64,000 nucleotides of DNA from Myxococcales bacterium (GCA_043747615.1 JAYTOU010000093.1:32001-96000), one strand, 5' to 3'; numbered from the stretch's first letter, positions 8,974 through 18,966 are shown. A program made the numbers and translations. The notes: a model not told the origin generated them from the letters alone.

Positions 8974-10413
8974 ATGCTCACGAAGACCGGCCTCTCGCTC
9001 AGTGCGCTGCTCGCTTGCAGCGGCTGCATCGCCCTCGCTTCGCCTGCGTGCGGTAGCTCCAACACCTCGGGGTTCGGGGACGGCACCGGCATGGACGGCG
9101 GGTCGCTCGACGAAGCCGGCAATCCGATCTTCGGCGACAGCGGCGGTCAAAAGCCCGCCTGCAAGGGGCTCCAGTGTCAGCAGGTAATGTGCGCGGGCGG
9201 CGCGACGACCAGCCTGACCGGCACGGCGTACGCGCCGAACGGAACGCTCCCGCTCTACAACGTGATCGTGTACGTCCCGAACGCGCCGCTCGATCCGCTC
9301 GTCGAAGGTGTGACGTGCGACAAGTGCGGCTCCGTGGCCTCGGGCAGCCCGGTGGTCACCGCGCTCAGCGATTCGAGCGGCAACTTCAAGATCACCAATG
9401 TGCCCGCGGGCGACAACATCCCGCTCGTTCTGCAGGTCGGAAAGTGGCGGCGCCAGGTGGTGATTCCGCATGTCGAGGCCTGCAAGGAAACGGCGCTCAC
9501 CGATCCGAACATGACGCGCCTCCCGAAAAAGCAGAGCGAAGGCCACCTTCCCCACATCGCGGTGACGACCGGCGATTTCGATGCGATGGGATGCCTGCTT
9601 CCGAAGATGGGCGTCGACAACTCCGAGTTCGGAGTGGCCGCCAACGAAGCAACGAAGCGGGTGACCTTTTATCAAGGCCAAGGCCCGAGCATGCCGGGGA
9701 TCACGTCCGCACAGGCCTTCTGGTCCGACGCGGCGCAGCTGAAGAAATTCGATGTCGTGATGCTGTCCTGCGAAGGGGACGAGTTCTTGAACAACAAGCC
9801 CGCAGTACCCCGCGCTTCGATGGAGGACTACCTGACGAGCGGCGGCCGCATCCTCGGCACGGACTTCATGTACACGTGGGAGCGCGACGCCTTCGATTCG
9901 GTCGTCGACCCATCGAAGCACACCGTCAACACCTGGTTCGGCGGAGCCCCTGGGGACGGAACCGGCACGTTCGACGTCGACACGTCGTTTCCCAAAGGCC
10001 TCGCGCTCGCGCAGTGGCTCAGCAAGGTCGGCGCATCGACGACCATGGGAAAGATTGATTTCCCGGTCGCTTACAGCAACTTCGACAAGGTGAACCCGCT
10101 CGTCTCGCAGCGATGGGTCCACGCCGGAGCCAACGACAAGATCTTCACGTACAACCTTCCGGTTGGGGCCGCGCCCGCCGATCAGTGCGGAAAATCCGTC
10201 TTTCTCGACGTGCACATCGCCGATCCCCACGTCCCAGGAAACGACGTCGTGAACGCTGCGTTTCCGGGAAAGGACTTCGACCCCACGAAGCCGGAAACGG
10301 GCTGCCTCCCCAATCTCACCCCGCAAGAGAAGGCTTTCATCTTCTTCCTGATGGACCTCTCCTCGTGCATCCAACCCGACAACGGGATGGTCAATCCGCC
10401 TCCAGTGAAGTGA
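8974..10413 (+). CDS. Cys-rich lipoprotein with carboxypeptidase-regulatory-like beta-sandwich domain
   Basis: SPAC lipobox; GTAYAPNG..PLYNVIVYVP, LQVGKWRRQ motifs typical of myxobacterial lipoproteins. Confidence 0.75.
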   Translation: MLTKTGLSLSALLACSGCIALASPACGSSNTSGFGDGTGMDGGSLDEAGNPIFGDSGGQKPACKGLQCQQVMCAGGATTSLTGTAYAPNGTLPLYNVIVYVPNAPLDPLVEGVTCDKCGSVASGSPVVTALSDSSGNFKITNVPAGDNIPLVLQVGKWRRQVVIPHVEACKETALTDPNMTRLPKKQSEGHLPHIAVTTGDFDAMGCLLPKMGVDNSEFGVAANEATKRVTFYQGQGPSMPGITSAQAFWSDAAQLKKFDVVMLSCEGDEFLNNKPAVPRASMEDYLTSGGRILGTDFMYTWERDAFDSVVDPSKHTVNTWFGGAPGDGTGTFDVDTSFPKGLALAQWLSKVGASTTMGKIDFPVAYSNFDKVNPLVSQRWVHAGANDKIFTYNLPVGAAPADQCGKSVFLDVHIADPHVPGNDVVNAAFPGKDFDPTKPETGCLPNLTPQEKAFIFFLMDLSSCIQPDNGMVNPPPVK

Positions 10414-10436
10414 CGACCTGTGGCACCATCGCGGGC

Positions 10437-10976
10437 ATGAGCTTCTCTCGTCATGCCTCGGGCGTCTCTGTCTTCGTCACTGTGTGGTTGGCCGCGGTTG
10501 CGTGCGGCTCTTCCAATTCGGGCACCGGCACCCAGGGCACACCGGCGAAGGCTGATGGCTCGTGCATCGCGCTCACCTCGCCCGGCGGATCGGTCAAGCC
10601 GCACTCCGAGCCGGGCGACGCGCCCGCTGCGATGGGAGGAGTGATCGCGGCGGGCGATTACTTACTGACCGACGTGAGCCACTACGCGGGGGCAAACCCG
10701 CTCGGCACTCAGACCATAAAGAAGCTTCATTTCTCGGCCGGTTTCGTGGAGTACGCCGACGGCAACGGGGACGCGAACACCCAGAACATCGGGCGCTCGT
10801 TCACGACCTCGGGAAAGAACATCACCTTCCACGAGGTCTGTCATACGCCAGCAAACATGCTGCAAAGCTCCAACACCTTCACGTCGCCGTACACCGCGAC
10901 GGCAACCGAATACATCGAGTTCGACAACTACGTGAAGGGCGTCTTCACCTATACGCTGCAGCCGGCGACCCCCTGA
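10437..10976 (+). CDS. Hypothetical lipoprotein
   Basis: AVAC lipobox followed by GSSNSG; ATG 24 nt after upstream stop. Confidence 0.75.
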   Translation: MSFSRHASGVSVFVTVWLAAVACGSSNSGTGTQGTPAKADGSCIALTSPGGSVKPHSEPGDAPAAMGGVIAAGDYLLTDVSHYAGANPLGTQTIKKLHFSAGFVEYADGNGDANTQNIGRSFTTSGKNITFHEVCHTPANMLQSSNTFTSPYTATATEYIEFDNYVKGVFTYTLQPATP

Positions 10977-11056
10977 GCCGCGACAAGCCTTTCGCGCGCG
11001 GGCCATTTGCGGGGCTTCCCGACAGTCCGCGACTCGCACACGGATACGAGGCCACC

Positions 11057-11908
11057 ATGGGGCGCGAGCTCACGATGGACTCCACGCCGTTTGGCCGCTT
11101 GCGGGTGCATTACCGCGAGCACGGAGAGGGACCGCCGCTCCTCCTGGTGCACGGGCTGATGACCACCAGCTATTCGTGGCGCTACGTGTTCGCCCATCTC
11201 GGCCGCCGTTACCGCGTGATCGCCCCTGATTTGCCTGGTTGCGGCGCTACGGGCAAACCGCTCGATCGCGTGTACTCCATCGAGGCTCTCGCGACGTGGG
11301 TCGGCGAGTTTCAACGCGCGCTCGGCATTCGAGGGACACGCGGCGTCGGCAATTCTCTCGGCGGGCTCATCTGCATGCGGCTTGCGCTCGACGACGCGGG
11401 CGCATTTTCGCGGCTGGTGAACATCCATGCGCCTGTCTTCCCCGAGGCGCGCTACTTCGCGCTTCACGCTGCGCTCAAGGCTCCGGGCGTGAAATCCATG
11501 TTGGCGCGATTGATCCGCAGCAACGTTCATCGATGGGTGCACCGCAACGTTCACTATTACGACGAAAGCCTGAAGTCGCTCGAAGAGGCGCGCGCGTACG
11601 GCGACCCGCTCGACGCTCCCGGCGGCGCCGAAGCCTTCATCCACTACCTGAGTGACGCGATTTCTCCGCGCTCGTTTGCGAAGATGGCCCGCACCCTCGA
11701 GGAGCGCCACAGAGCGAGAACCCCGTTCCCCGTTCCTCTCCTTCTCGTCTACGCGCGAGAAGATCCGATGGTACGTCCCGGGAACGGCGCGCGCCTCGCA
11801 AAGCTCATCGACGACGCGACGTTGGTGTGGCTGGACGAGAGCTCGCATTTCCCGCACGTGGACAGCCCGGAGCGTCTCGTGAAGGAAGTGCTGGAATTTC
11901 TGGCTTAG
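11057..11908 (+). CDS. Alpha/beta-fold hydrolase
   Basis: LLLVHG, PDLPGCG, nucleophile elbow GNSLGG, EDPMV, SHFPH. Confidence 0.9.
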   Translation: MGRELTMDSTPFGRLRVHYREHGEGPPLLLVHGLMTTSYSWRYVFAHLGRRYRVIAPDLPGCGATGKPLDRVYSIEALATWVGEFQRALGIRGTRGVGNSLGGLICMRLALDDAGAFSRLVNIHAPVFPEARYFALHAALKAPGVKSMLARLIRSNVHRWVHRNVHYYDESLKSLEEARAYGDPLDAPGGAEAFIHYLSDAISPRSFAKMARTLEERHRARTPFPVPLLLVYAREDPMVRPGNGARLAKLIDDATLVWLDESSHFPHVDSPERLVKEVLEFLA

Positions 11909-11950
11909 GCGGCGTTCGCGACTCTGTCGCGTTAGGTCACGCGACCTTCG

Positions 11951-12664
11951 TCACGGGTTGCCGGCGACGGCTCCGTTCATCTTTTTCTCGTGACCAGCGT
12001 CGACGATGTCGATGCGGTAAACGAGCTTGCCGTCGTTCGTCTTGAGCTCGCCCCCCACGTCACCCCAGGCGAACGCCTTGCTGGCGATGGTGCTGAGCAC
12101 GCCCTTCTTGCGGCCGACGATGACGCTGTAGCGCGTCTGCACGCAGTCGAAGGTCTTGCTGCCGATCGCGATCTTCATCCTTTCGGTGCCGAGAATTTCC
12201 TCGTTCTGGTCGGCAGCGAAGACGGTCTCCGACATGAGCGCTTCGTATGCCGCCATCGTGGAGGGCTTCTCGCCGCCCGAGGCCTCTACCCGGACGACGG
12301 AGAGCACGTCTGTCTTCGCGTTCGGTGTCGTGTCGAAGCGGACGCGCAGCGTTCCGTCATTCTTCCCGCCATTCAACGTGAGCTCGACGAGGAGGATCGG
12401 CCCTGCCGCTTCGAGTACTTTTTCCGTGAGGGTCACCGGTCCCTTGTGGAACGCTCCTGAAAATCGGTAGACGACGAAGTCACCGGCGACGCGTGTGGGC
12501 GTCTTGTCGAGCGCAGTGTCATCTGCATGCGCTGCCGACGACGCGAGCGACGAAGCGTGGGCGGACGTCAACTGGAGGCTTGTTGCCGGCTGCGGAGAGA
12601 CGGCGTGCGAACAGCCCGCGATGATGGTGAGGAGGGCGGCCATCGAAAGGAGGTCTCGGTTCAT
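11951..12664 (-). CDS. Hypothetical lipoprotein
   Basis: IAGC lipobox; beta-rich body. Confidence 0.75.
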   Translation of the reverse strand: MNRDLLSMAALLTIIAGCSHAVSPQPATSLQLTSAHASSLASSAAHADDTALDKTPTRVAGDFVVYRFSGAFHKGPVTLTEKVLEAAGPILLVELTLNGGKNDGTLRVRFDTTPNAKTDVLSVVRVEASGGEKPSTMAAYEALMSETVFAADQNEEILGTERMKIAIGSKTFDCVQTRYSVIVGRKKGVLSTIASKAFAWGDVGGELKTNDGKLVYRIDIVDAGHEKKMNGAVAGNP

Positions 12665-12858
12665 GTCTGTCGCTAACGCGTGCCACCGATCCGGGCCAAA
12701 TTTTCTCCCTCTCTTCGTACGTTGATTCCTGATCCGCTGTCGATCTCACCGGAGGCGACGATCAAAGTGGCCGCAGCACTTTTGTGGAGCACGGTCTGCG
12801 GCAACGAGGAGAGCGCTGCGCACTTGGACGGGTCCGGCTCCGGTGTGCACCGAGCTCT

Positions 12859-13638
12859 CTACGTAGATCGGCTCGCATCCATGCGCGCGAACTCGTCTTC
12901 GAGGGTGCGCTCGGCGTGCTCGAATCGCGCGGCGCCCGTGACCCTGCGGTACGCGATGCCGAGTGCCGCGATCATCCCGACGAAGATCACGCCAGCGCCG
13001 ATCGCGCCGGTGCGGGTGCGCATCGCTTCCGTGGAGAGCGTTCCATCGATGCCTGAAGCGAGGTCAGCCGTCGCGCGAACGTAGAGCGGGGTGTCGCCGG
13101 CTCGCGTCTTGCGATAGCCGAGGGCGGTGTCGCCTTCGGCGCGCTCGTGTTTGCCGAGGCCTGCAGACGCGTAGTAGCCGACGCGGCGCTCGAGGGTGCT
13201 CTCGGCCGCGGGCTCGAAGTGAAGTCCGCCGGGGCCGCTGGTATCGATGATCTGGACGGCGTCTCCGTCGGCGATGGGCGCGGTGAGGCGCACGCGATCT
13301 TTGTTTTTTTTCAGTGCTTCGTGGATGACCACGGCGATCGACGTCGGCGACCCATGGATCACCGCGAACCCTACGATTTGGCCGTGTTCCTCGATCGGCG
13401 TGATCGCGTCGTTCGTCTCGAGGCGACTTCCGATTGGGAGCGGTGACGCCAGTCGAACGATGGATTGATCGTCGCCAAGGGTGAACTGACTGCACCAAAC
13501 AATGGTCTCGCCCTCGATGGTGCCGCGGTGAATCGCGCCGCGTACCGGCCCACCCGCAACGGCGACGGGTGAAACGAGAGTGACGAGGAGGAGCGCGAAC
13601 GCGGCGAAGAGCTTGCGCAGCGAGCAGGTAGTTTTCAT
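12859..13638 (-). CDS. Hypothetical exported protein with C-terminal TM anchor
   Basis: Signal peptide MKTTCSLRKLFAAFALLLV..AVA; C-terminal TM GAGVIFVGMIAALGIAYRR; ATGA overlap with upstream gene. Confidence 0.75.
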   Translation of the reverse strand: MKTTCSLRKLFAAFALLLVTLVSPVAVAGGPVRGAIHRGTIEGETIVWCSQFTLGDDQSIVRLASPLPIGSRLETNDAITPIEEHGQIVGFAVIHGSPTSIAVVIHEALKKNKDRVRLTAPIADGDAVQIIDTSGPGGLHFEPAAESTLERRVGYYASAGLGKHERAEGDTALGYRKTRAGDTPLYVRATADLASGIDGTLSTEAMRTRTGAIGAGVIFVGMIAALGIAYRRVTGAARFEHAERTLEDEFARMDASRST

Positions 13639-14258
13639 CGCCCGATGCTCCCGATGGCGTCGATGCCGTGACCGAAAATCGTTCGCTCCGGAAGTATCGG
13701 GGAGGCGAGCGCGCAGAGCTGCAGGAGCGTCGCGAGCTGGATCCCCATGAGCACCGAAACGGGGAGAATCACGGGGAAACGACGGATCCCCTGGGGAACC
13801 TGACGGACGACCGCGCGCACGAAAATCGCAGTGCCGGCCGCGAGCGCGACGAGCGCGGAGCCTTGCCCGAGGAGAGGTCCGACCCAATCGCTCGAGTGGT
13901 AGTAGAGCGCGACGAGCGGAGACAGGACGGCGAGAACGAGCGTGCCGCCGAAGATGCCGCTCGCGAAAGACACCAGAAGATCGCTCCCCCGACACTCCGC
14001 TCCGGAGAGCTTCCACGTGAGTAGTCCGGCAGGCACTGCGCTCAGCACAGAGAGGAGGACGATCATCGGCACCTTGTAGACGTTGGCCAGCGCCAGCGGC
14101 AGCGAGCGACTGCCCGCAGCGAGGCCCCACAGTGCGGCGAACACCAACGACGCGAGAAGCGAGGCAATGACGATCTGCAGCCGACGCGCGCGACCGCTAT
14201 CTGCCTCCGAGAGTTTCTTGCCGCTGGTCAGATCGACGAGGGTGGAAAATGGGCTCAT
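13635..14258 (-). CDS. Uncharacterised 5-TM inner-membrane protein (possibly Yip1-like)
   Basis: Five hydrophobic helices, YKVP motif; GGAGG RBS; alternative start 14285. Confidence 0.75.
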   Translation of the reverse strand: MSPFSTLVDLTSGKKLSEADSGRARRLQIVIASLLASLVFAALWGLAAGSRSLPLALANVYKVPMIVLLSVLSAVPAGLLTWKLSGAECRGSDLLVSFASGIFGGTLVLAVLSPLVALYYHSSDWVGPLLGQGSALVALAAGTAIFVRAVVRQVPQGIRRFPVILPVSVLMGIQLATLLQLCALASPILPERTIFGHGIDAIGSIGR

Positions 14259-14329
14259 GAAGAATCCTCCGTGGTGGTTGGTCACGGATGGAAGATGGAC
14301 CTCTCAGTTGGACGGCGTCGCGCACCCAA

Positions 14330-14345
14330 GTGAAAACGAAGTGAA
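14330..14345 (-). promoter_or_regulatory. cre/blr-tag-like direct repeat TTCAC-N6-TTCAC
   Basis: Minus strand TTCAC-TTCGTT-TTCAC in the short intergenic gap upstream of the membrane-protein gene. Confidence 0.55.
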
Positions 14346-14356
14346 ACGTCGCTGAG

Positions 14357-15637
14357 CTATTTCTTCGCGACCGTGCCGAGCGAGGGTCGCGTCACGCGCT
14401 CCACCTTTTGCTGGGCAAAATAGGCTCGGAGCATGTCGCGTGCGACGACGTTTGCCTTCGTTTTCCACGTGGGATGGTTGACCACGAGCACCGCAACGGT
14501 GACCGGGCGAACGCCAGGCATGGTGCGACTCGGGGCAAATCCGGTGAACCACGTGTAGAGATGGTCGCCGTCGGATAGTGTCCCCGTCTTGCCGGCGACG
14601 GTCACGCCCGGCAGAAACGACGCCCCTGCGGGATCATGGAACGCGCGGTAGGACGTCCCTTCGCTCACGGTGTGCTCCATCATGGTGGTCACGGCCTGCG
14701 CCGTCTCCTTGGCCACGACGCGGCGAAGGGGTGAGGCGGGCGGAGCGCTGTAGATGAGCGCGCCTCCGGGCTCGTGCACGTCGCGGACGATCGTGAGACG
14801 GACCGATTCGCCGCCGCGCGCGAGCGTGGTGCTGATGGACGCAGCCTGCAGCGGAGAGAGTGTCGAGTTCCAGAAGCCCGCAGCCGTTCTTGCGTATCCC
14901 AGCGGATCGCTCGGCAGCTTGAGCGTGCTGGTCTGCACCGGAACGTCGAATGGGACGGGCTCTCCGAAGCCGTAGGCCTCGGCCATGTCCTCGAGCGACT
15001 TCGGCTTCAAGTGTTGCTGCGCGAGGCGACCAAAGACGGTGTTGACGCTCCGCCCCATCGCGCCGGCGAGCGTCACGCACCAGCGATCGCGCTGCGGATT
15101 TTCTTCGAGATCGATCTGCGAAATTTCATGCTCGCCTCCCGAGTAGCATTCGCGGGTGTCGGGCGTGAGGCCCGCGTCCTGCACGAGCGCCGAGCCGGTG
15201 ATGATCTTGAAGACGCTCGCCGCCGGAGCCACCGCTTCTGCGCAACCGTCGCGCAGAGGGCCAGACTCTGCACGGCTCGCATACACGAGAACATTTCCGG
15301 TCGCCGGATCCGTCATGACGATGGAGGCTTGCGGGAGCTGGTGGGAGCGCATGATGGCAGCGGCGGTGCGCTGAAGCTCAGGGTCGAGCGTCAGGCGCGC
15401 CACCCGATGCCCGGACGCCGGAGCGCTCGCACCTTCGTCGTCGAGCGCGATGTGCGTCAAGTCGAGCCCGGTTAGCGGCGGAATGGCCGGAGGGAGCGGC
15501 GGCATCTCCTCGGCGGAGCTCGCTATCTTCGCGAGCGGCGTCTCCGGAACCGGCCGCGGCGGCGTGAGCCCGCTGAGCCACGGAATGCTTCCTACCGCGA
15601 CAGCAAGCGCCGCCACACCGATCAACCACGGTCGCAT
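14357..15637 (-). CDS. Penicillin-binding protein, transpeptidase domain only
   Basis: SxxK (SVFK), SxN (SVN) and KTG motifs intact; N-terminal TM; no transglycosylase domain. Confidence 0.88.
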   Translation of the reverse strand: MRPWLIGVAALAVAVGSIPWLSGLTPPRPVPETPLAKIASSAEEMPPLPPAIPPLTGLDLTHIALDDEGASAPASGHRVARLTLDPELQRTAAAIMRSHQLPQASIVMTDPATGNVLVYASRAESGPLRDGCAEAVAPAASVFKIITGSALVQDAGLTPDTRECYSGGEHEISQIDLEENPQRDRWCVTLAGAMGRSVNTVFGRLAQQHLKPKSLEDMAEAYGFGEPVPFDVPVQTSTLKLPSDPLGYARTAAGFWNSTLSPLQAASISTTLARGGESVRLTIVRDVHEPGGALIYSAPPASPLRRVVAKETAQAVTTMMEHTVSEGTSYRAFHDPAGASFLPGVTVAGKTGTLSDGDHLYTWFTGFAPSRTMPGVRPVTVAVLVVNHPTWKTKANVVARDMLRAYFAQQKVERVTRPSLGTVAKK

Positions 15638-15713
15638 TCCCCATCGTGTGACATACGCTCCGTCTACCGGGCAAACAAACGGCGGACATGCGCTCCCCTG
15701 GTATCGTGTGGCC

Positions 15714-18113
15714 ATGCCTTGGAAACTACGGAGGCTCGCTGCCGCTTCCCTCACCTACGCGATCGCCTTCGTTGCTCCGGCGCGCGCATCGACCGAAGCC
15801 GTCTCGCCGCCCGCCGGAGGGCTCGGGGCCATCGCGGTCACCGTGGATCTCACGGCCGGGGTCGTTCGCTACAACGGTGCATCGCTTCCGATCGCCCTCG
15901 ATCGAAAGCTCTTTCCCGAGGCGCGCGAGGTGAACGTCACCGTCGTTATGATCGGCGACAAGCATGTCGTTCACGTGCGCATTCCGGCAAAGACCGACGC
16001 GGTCGACAAAATCGCGTTCGAGGCGGTGATCGCCGCGAGCGGTGTCCTCTTCTCCGGGCTCACGGGTCTCGTCGAGGGGCAGCCCGGCGATCGCACCGGA
16101 GTCGCCGTCCAGATCGAGGGCACGCTGCTCGTGGGCGACGTGCGTGAGGACCTCCGTATCTGCGGGCAAGACACGACGCTCCTTTCGCCTCGCGGGCTCG
16201 ATCCGAAGACCATGACCTTCGTCGGCGCAGGCTTTCAGCGCCTTCCGTCATCGCAGCGCGCGGGGGCACAGCTTATCGTCGCAAGCGCAAACGCGTCACC
16301 GACGGATCCCCCCCTCGCGCAGCTGCTCGTCGTCGCTGGCGCGAGCACGGCCATCGGGAGTCCCGCGTCGCTCGTGGATGGAGACCCGAAGACCGCGTGG
16401 GCCGAAGGGCGGCCGAGCGCAGGAGCAGGGGAATTCGTGCTCTTTCGTGGTCCGGGCGAGGTACCCCTGACGCGCGTGACGCTCACGATCGCCGCGACGC
16501 CGACGAGCGCAACGGGCGCCGCGCCCAAGAAGTTTTTCATCGTCACCGACGCGCGCACGTATGCGGTCACGATGCCTCAGGATGCGTGGCTCTATCCGGG
16601 CTCCTCGTACGACGTCGTTTTTCCCGAACCAGTGCGCGGCTCGTGTATGGCCATCGTGCTCGACGAAGCCTACGCGCGCGGACAGGCACACCCCGAGGTC
16701 ACGATCGCAGAGGTGACGGCCTACAGCGAATTCGATGCACCCGGCGCAACGCTCGACACCGTCGCCAAGGCCCTCTCCGGCGGCGGCGCGCGCGCGGACG
16801 CGGCGGCGGGTGTGCTCAAACGAGCCAAAAACGGGCTCGATCCCGTGCTTCACGTGTGGAGCTCCCTCGATGCATCGGGGCGCGCTCTCGCGACGGATGT
16901 GGCCTTGACTGCGCCGTGCGAGACGAGCGCGCCGCTCCTCATTCGCGCGATGGGCGACGCGGATCGTGAGGTCGCGCGCAAGGGTCGCGGGAAGCTCGAG
17001 CGGTGTGGGAGGGCGGCGGGGCCTGCACTGGTCGATGCGCTCAAGGAGCCGGACTTCCCGCGCCGGATTCTGGTCGCGCCGCTCCTGGCGACGGTGGCTC
17101 CCAGCTTGGCGCTCGCGCCACTCGCCGACGCGCTCGGTCAGGGTCCGCCGAAGGTACAGGCGGAGGTTCGGGGGGCACTCGCGCGCGTCGCGCGTACCGC
17201 AGATGCGGCGAAGCTCGCGGCGTTGGTGGCGGACACTCGTCGCGATGATCCGGTGCGCATCGATCTCTTGCGGGCATGCGGTGCGCGGCTTGGAGAGATT
17301 CGTCCGCAAGCCGATGCTGCGATCGCCGATCTCCTTCGAAATCCGGCCTCGATGCGCACGCGGTACCTTCTTCTTGGGCCGCTTGCGGAGCTCGCGCATA
17401 CGGGCGACACCGACGCCGCTTCGCGCTTCTCCGCTCTTCTGACCAGAGACCCGGAGCCCGCCGTGCGCGCGCACGCAGCCGAGCTGGCATCGAAGACCGC
17501 GCTGCCTGCGGTGCAAGCCGAGCTCGTCGCGCGTCTCGACGATCCGGAGCCTCGCGTGCGTGAAGCGGCGCTGCAATCGATCTCGCAACAGCACCTCGCG
17601 ATCGCGGCGCCGAAAGTGGAAGCAGTGATGAAGCGCGATGCGTGGACGTTCGTGCGCGCAGGATCAGCAAGCGCTCTCGCATCGATGCCGCCCAACTCGG
17701 AGATCGATGGCGCGCTTGGCTCGTCATTGAAGCAAGACACGTCCCCTCGGGTGCGCACGGCCGCGATCGACGCGCTCGCCGCGCGTCACGCGGTGTCCTT
17801 TGTTGGCCCGGTGCGGGAGCGGCTTGCCGACGTACACGAGAGGGCCGACGTGAGGACTGCAGCAGCCCACGCCCTCGGCGAAATGTGCGATCGAGGCTCA
17901 CTCGATTCCCTGGAAGCCCTCGCGGCAAAAGCGGCCTCACCCGTGGCGAGCGAATCGGAGACCGCCCTCGGCCTTGCCGCGATCGAGGCACTTGGTCACC
18001 TTCATCCCGCCGATCTCGATCGACGCTTCCGAACGCTGAGCGCGAGCGACGTACCGGCGGAAGCGCGGCGCGCGGTCGATCACGCGCTCAAAGCGCAGGC
18101 TGTCTGCCGCTGA
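15714..18113 (+). CDS. Exported protein with discoidin/F5-8-like domain and HEAT repeats
   Basis: Signal peptide; LVDGDPKTAWAE...IAEV discoidin-like motif; many D...VR..AA.AL HEAT repeats. Confidence 0.75.
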   Translation: MPWKLRRLAAASLTYAIAFVAPARASTEAVSPPAGGLGAIAVTVDLTAGVVRYNGASLPIALDRKLFPEAREVNVTVVMIGDKHVVHVRIPAKTDAVDKIAFEAVIAASGVLFSGLTGLVEGQPGDRTGVAVQIEGTLLVGDVREDLRICGQDTTLLSPRGLDPKTMTFVGAGFQRLPSSQRAGAQLIVASANASPTDPPLAQLLVVAGASTAIGSPASLVDGDPKTAWAEGRPSAGAGEFVLFRGPGEVPLTRVTLTIAATPTSATGAAPKKFFIVTDARTYAVTMPQDAWLYPGSSYDVVFPEPVRGSCMAIVLDEAYARGQAHPEVTIAEVTAYSEFDAPGATLDTVAKALSGGGARADAAAGVLKRAKNGLDPVLHVWSSLDASGRALATDVALTAPCETSAPLLIRAMGDADREVARKGRGKLERCGRAAGPALVDALKEPDFPRRILVAPLLATVAPSLALAPLADALGQGPPKVQAEVRGALARVARTADAAKLAALVADTRRDDPVRIDLLRACGARLGEIRPQADAAIADLLRNPASMRTRYLLLGPLAELAHTGDTDAASRFSALLTRDPEPAVRAHAAELASKTALPAVQAELVARLDDPEPRVREAALQSISQQHLAIAAPKVEAVMKRDAWTFVRAGSASALASMPPNSEIDGALGSSLKQDTSPRVRTAAIDALAARHAVSFVGPVRERLADVHERADVRTAAAHALGEMCDRGSLDSLEALAAKAASPVASESETALGLAAIEALGHLHPADLDRRFRTLSASDVPAEARRAVDHALKAQAVCR

Positions 18114-18150
18114 AACTCTGGCGCCATTCGCGCCGCGAACTTCGGATCGA

Positions 18151-18873
18151 CTATCCGCGCCCGGTGGGTGCGTTGGTGCCGCCGGCCATCTGGCCCTTGC
18201 TCTTCTTCAGCGTGAAGAAGGCGATGACCAGCCCCATCAGCAAGAAGACGAGCGCGATCCACCTGCCGAATTTTTGCTTGCCGAAGTCTTCGAGGCTTCC
18301 GCCTGCCCCGTTCTGCTTGGCCGCCCACGCTGCTTCGTCGGACGTAAGGACGCGGCCACCTCCGTAGGCTGATCCGCCGCCGCCGCCGCCGCCTCCGCCG
18401 CCACCACCTTTGTTTACGACCGCGCCCGCACCCTGGGTGCTCGTGGCAACCTGAGCTTTCTCACCAACCGCGGATCGGCCTCCGCCTCCGCCGCCCCTGC
18501 CGCCTCCTCCGCCGCCAGACGCACCCATGTTGCCGACCGCGGTGCCTCCGCCCGATGCTCCAGGGCCCGACGTGGGTCCCGTATTTCCGCCGCTCCCAGC
18601 GCCGCCTCTGTCTCCAGCGGGTCCGCCGCTGCCGGAAGTTCCGCCGGCACCGGGGGTACCCGCGCCAACGGAGCCTCCCACGGTGTTGCCGCTACCACCC
18701 GTGCCGCCGCCGACCGCGGTGCCGCCGAGCACGACCGTGGCCTTGTCGCTGGTTTTGGAAACCTGCATTCCGATCAAACGAAAAGCGCCGACCACGATTA
18801 AAAGCACCGCGACGAGCACCACACAGTACTCGGCTGCCGTGGCCCCACGTCGGTCGCGAAGAAACCGCCTCAC
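18151..18873 (-). CDS. Flp-type prepilin N-terminus fused to Gly-rich linker and C-terminal TM helix
   Basis: MRRFLRDRRG/ATAAEY plus hydrophobic helix; long Gly/Ser/Ala linker; C-terminal RWIALVFLLMGLVIAFFTLKK; GTG start preceded by TATGAT-N6. Confidence 0.7.
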   Translation of the reverse strand: MRRFLRDRRGATAAEYCVVLVAVLLIVVGAFRLIGMQVSKTSDKATVVLGGTAVGGGTGGSGNTVGGSVGAGTPGAGGTSGSGGPAGDRGGAGSGGNTGPTSGPGASGGGTAVGNMGASGGGGGGRGGGGGGRSAVGEKAQVATSTQGAGAVVNKGGGGGGGGGGGGSAYGGGRVLTSDEAAWAAKQNGAGGSLEDFGKQKFGRWIALVFLLMGLVIAFFTLKKSKGQMAGGTNAPTGRG

Positions 18874-18966
18874 CCCCCAATCATATAAGGTAAGGAGGGA
18901 CCGCGCTCGTTTTTGGATAGAAGGCCGACGATTACGCCTTTTTTGGCGCTTTGGACGAGGTTTTGA

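Noticed and set aside
11917..11931. Hairpin CGCGAC-tct-GTCGCG between convergent genes
   Set aside because: Short stem, no U-tract; too weak to call a terminator
12672..12685. Sigma54-like TGGCACG on minus strand upstream of lipoprotein 12664
   Set aside because: GC is one base out of register (N9) and the -12 element is poor
18375..18520. (GCC)n-like tandem repeats
   Set aside because: They encode poly-Gly runs of the Flp fusion; not a CRISPR array or independent repeat element
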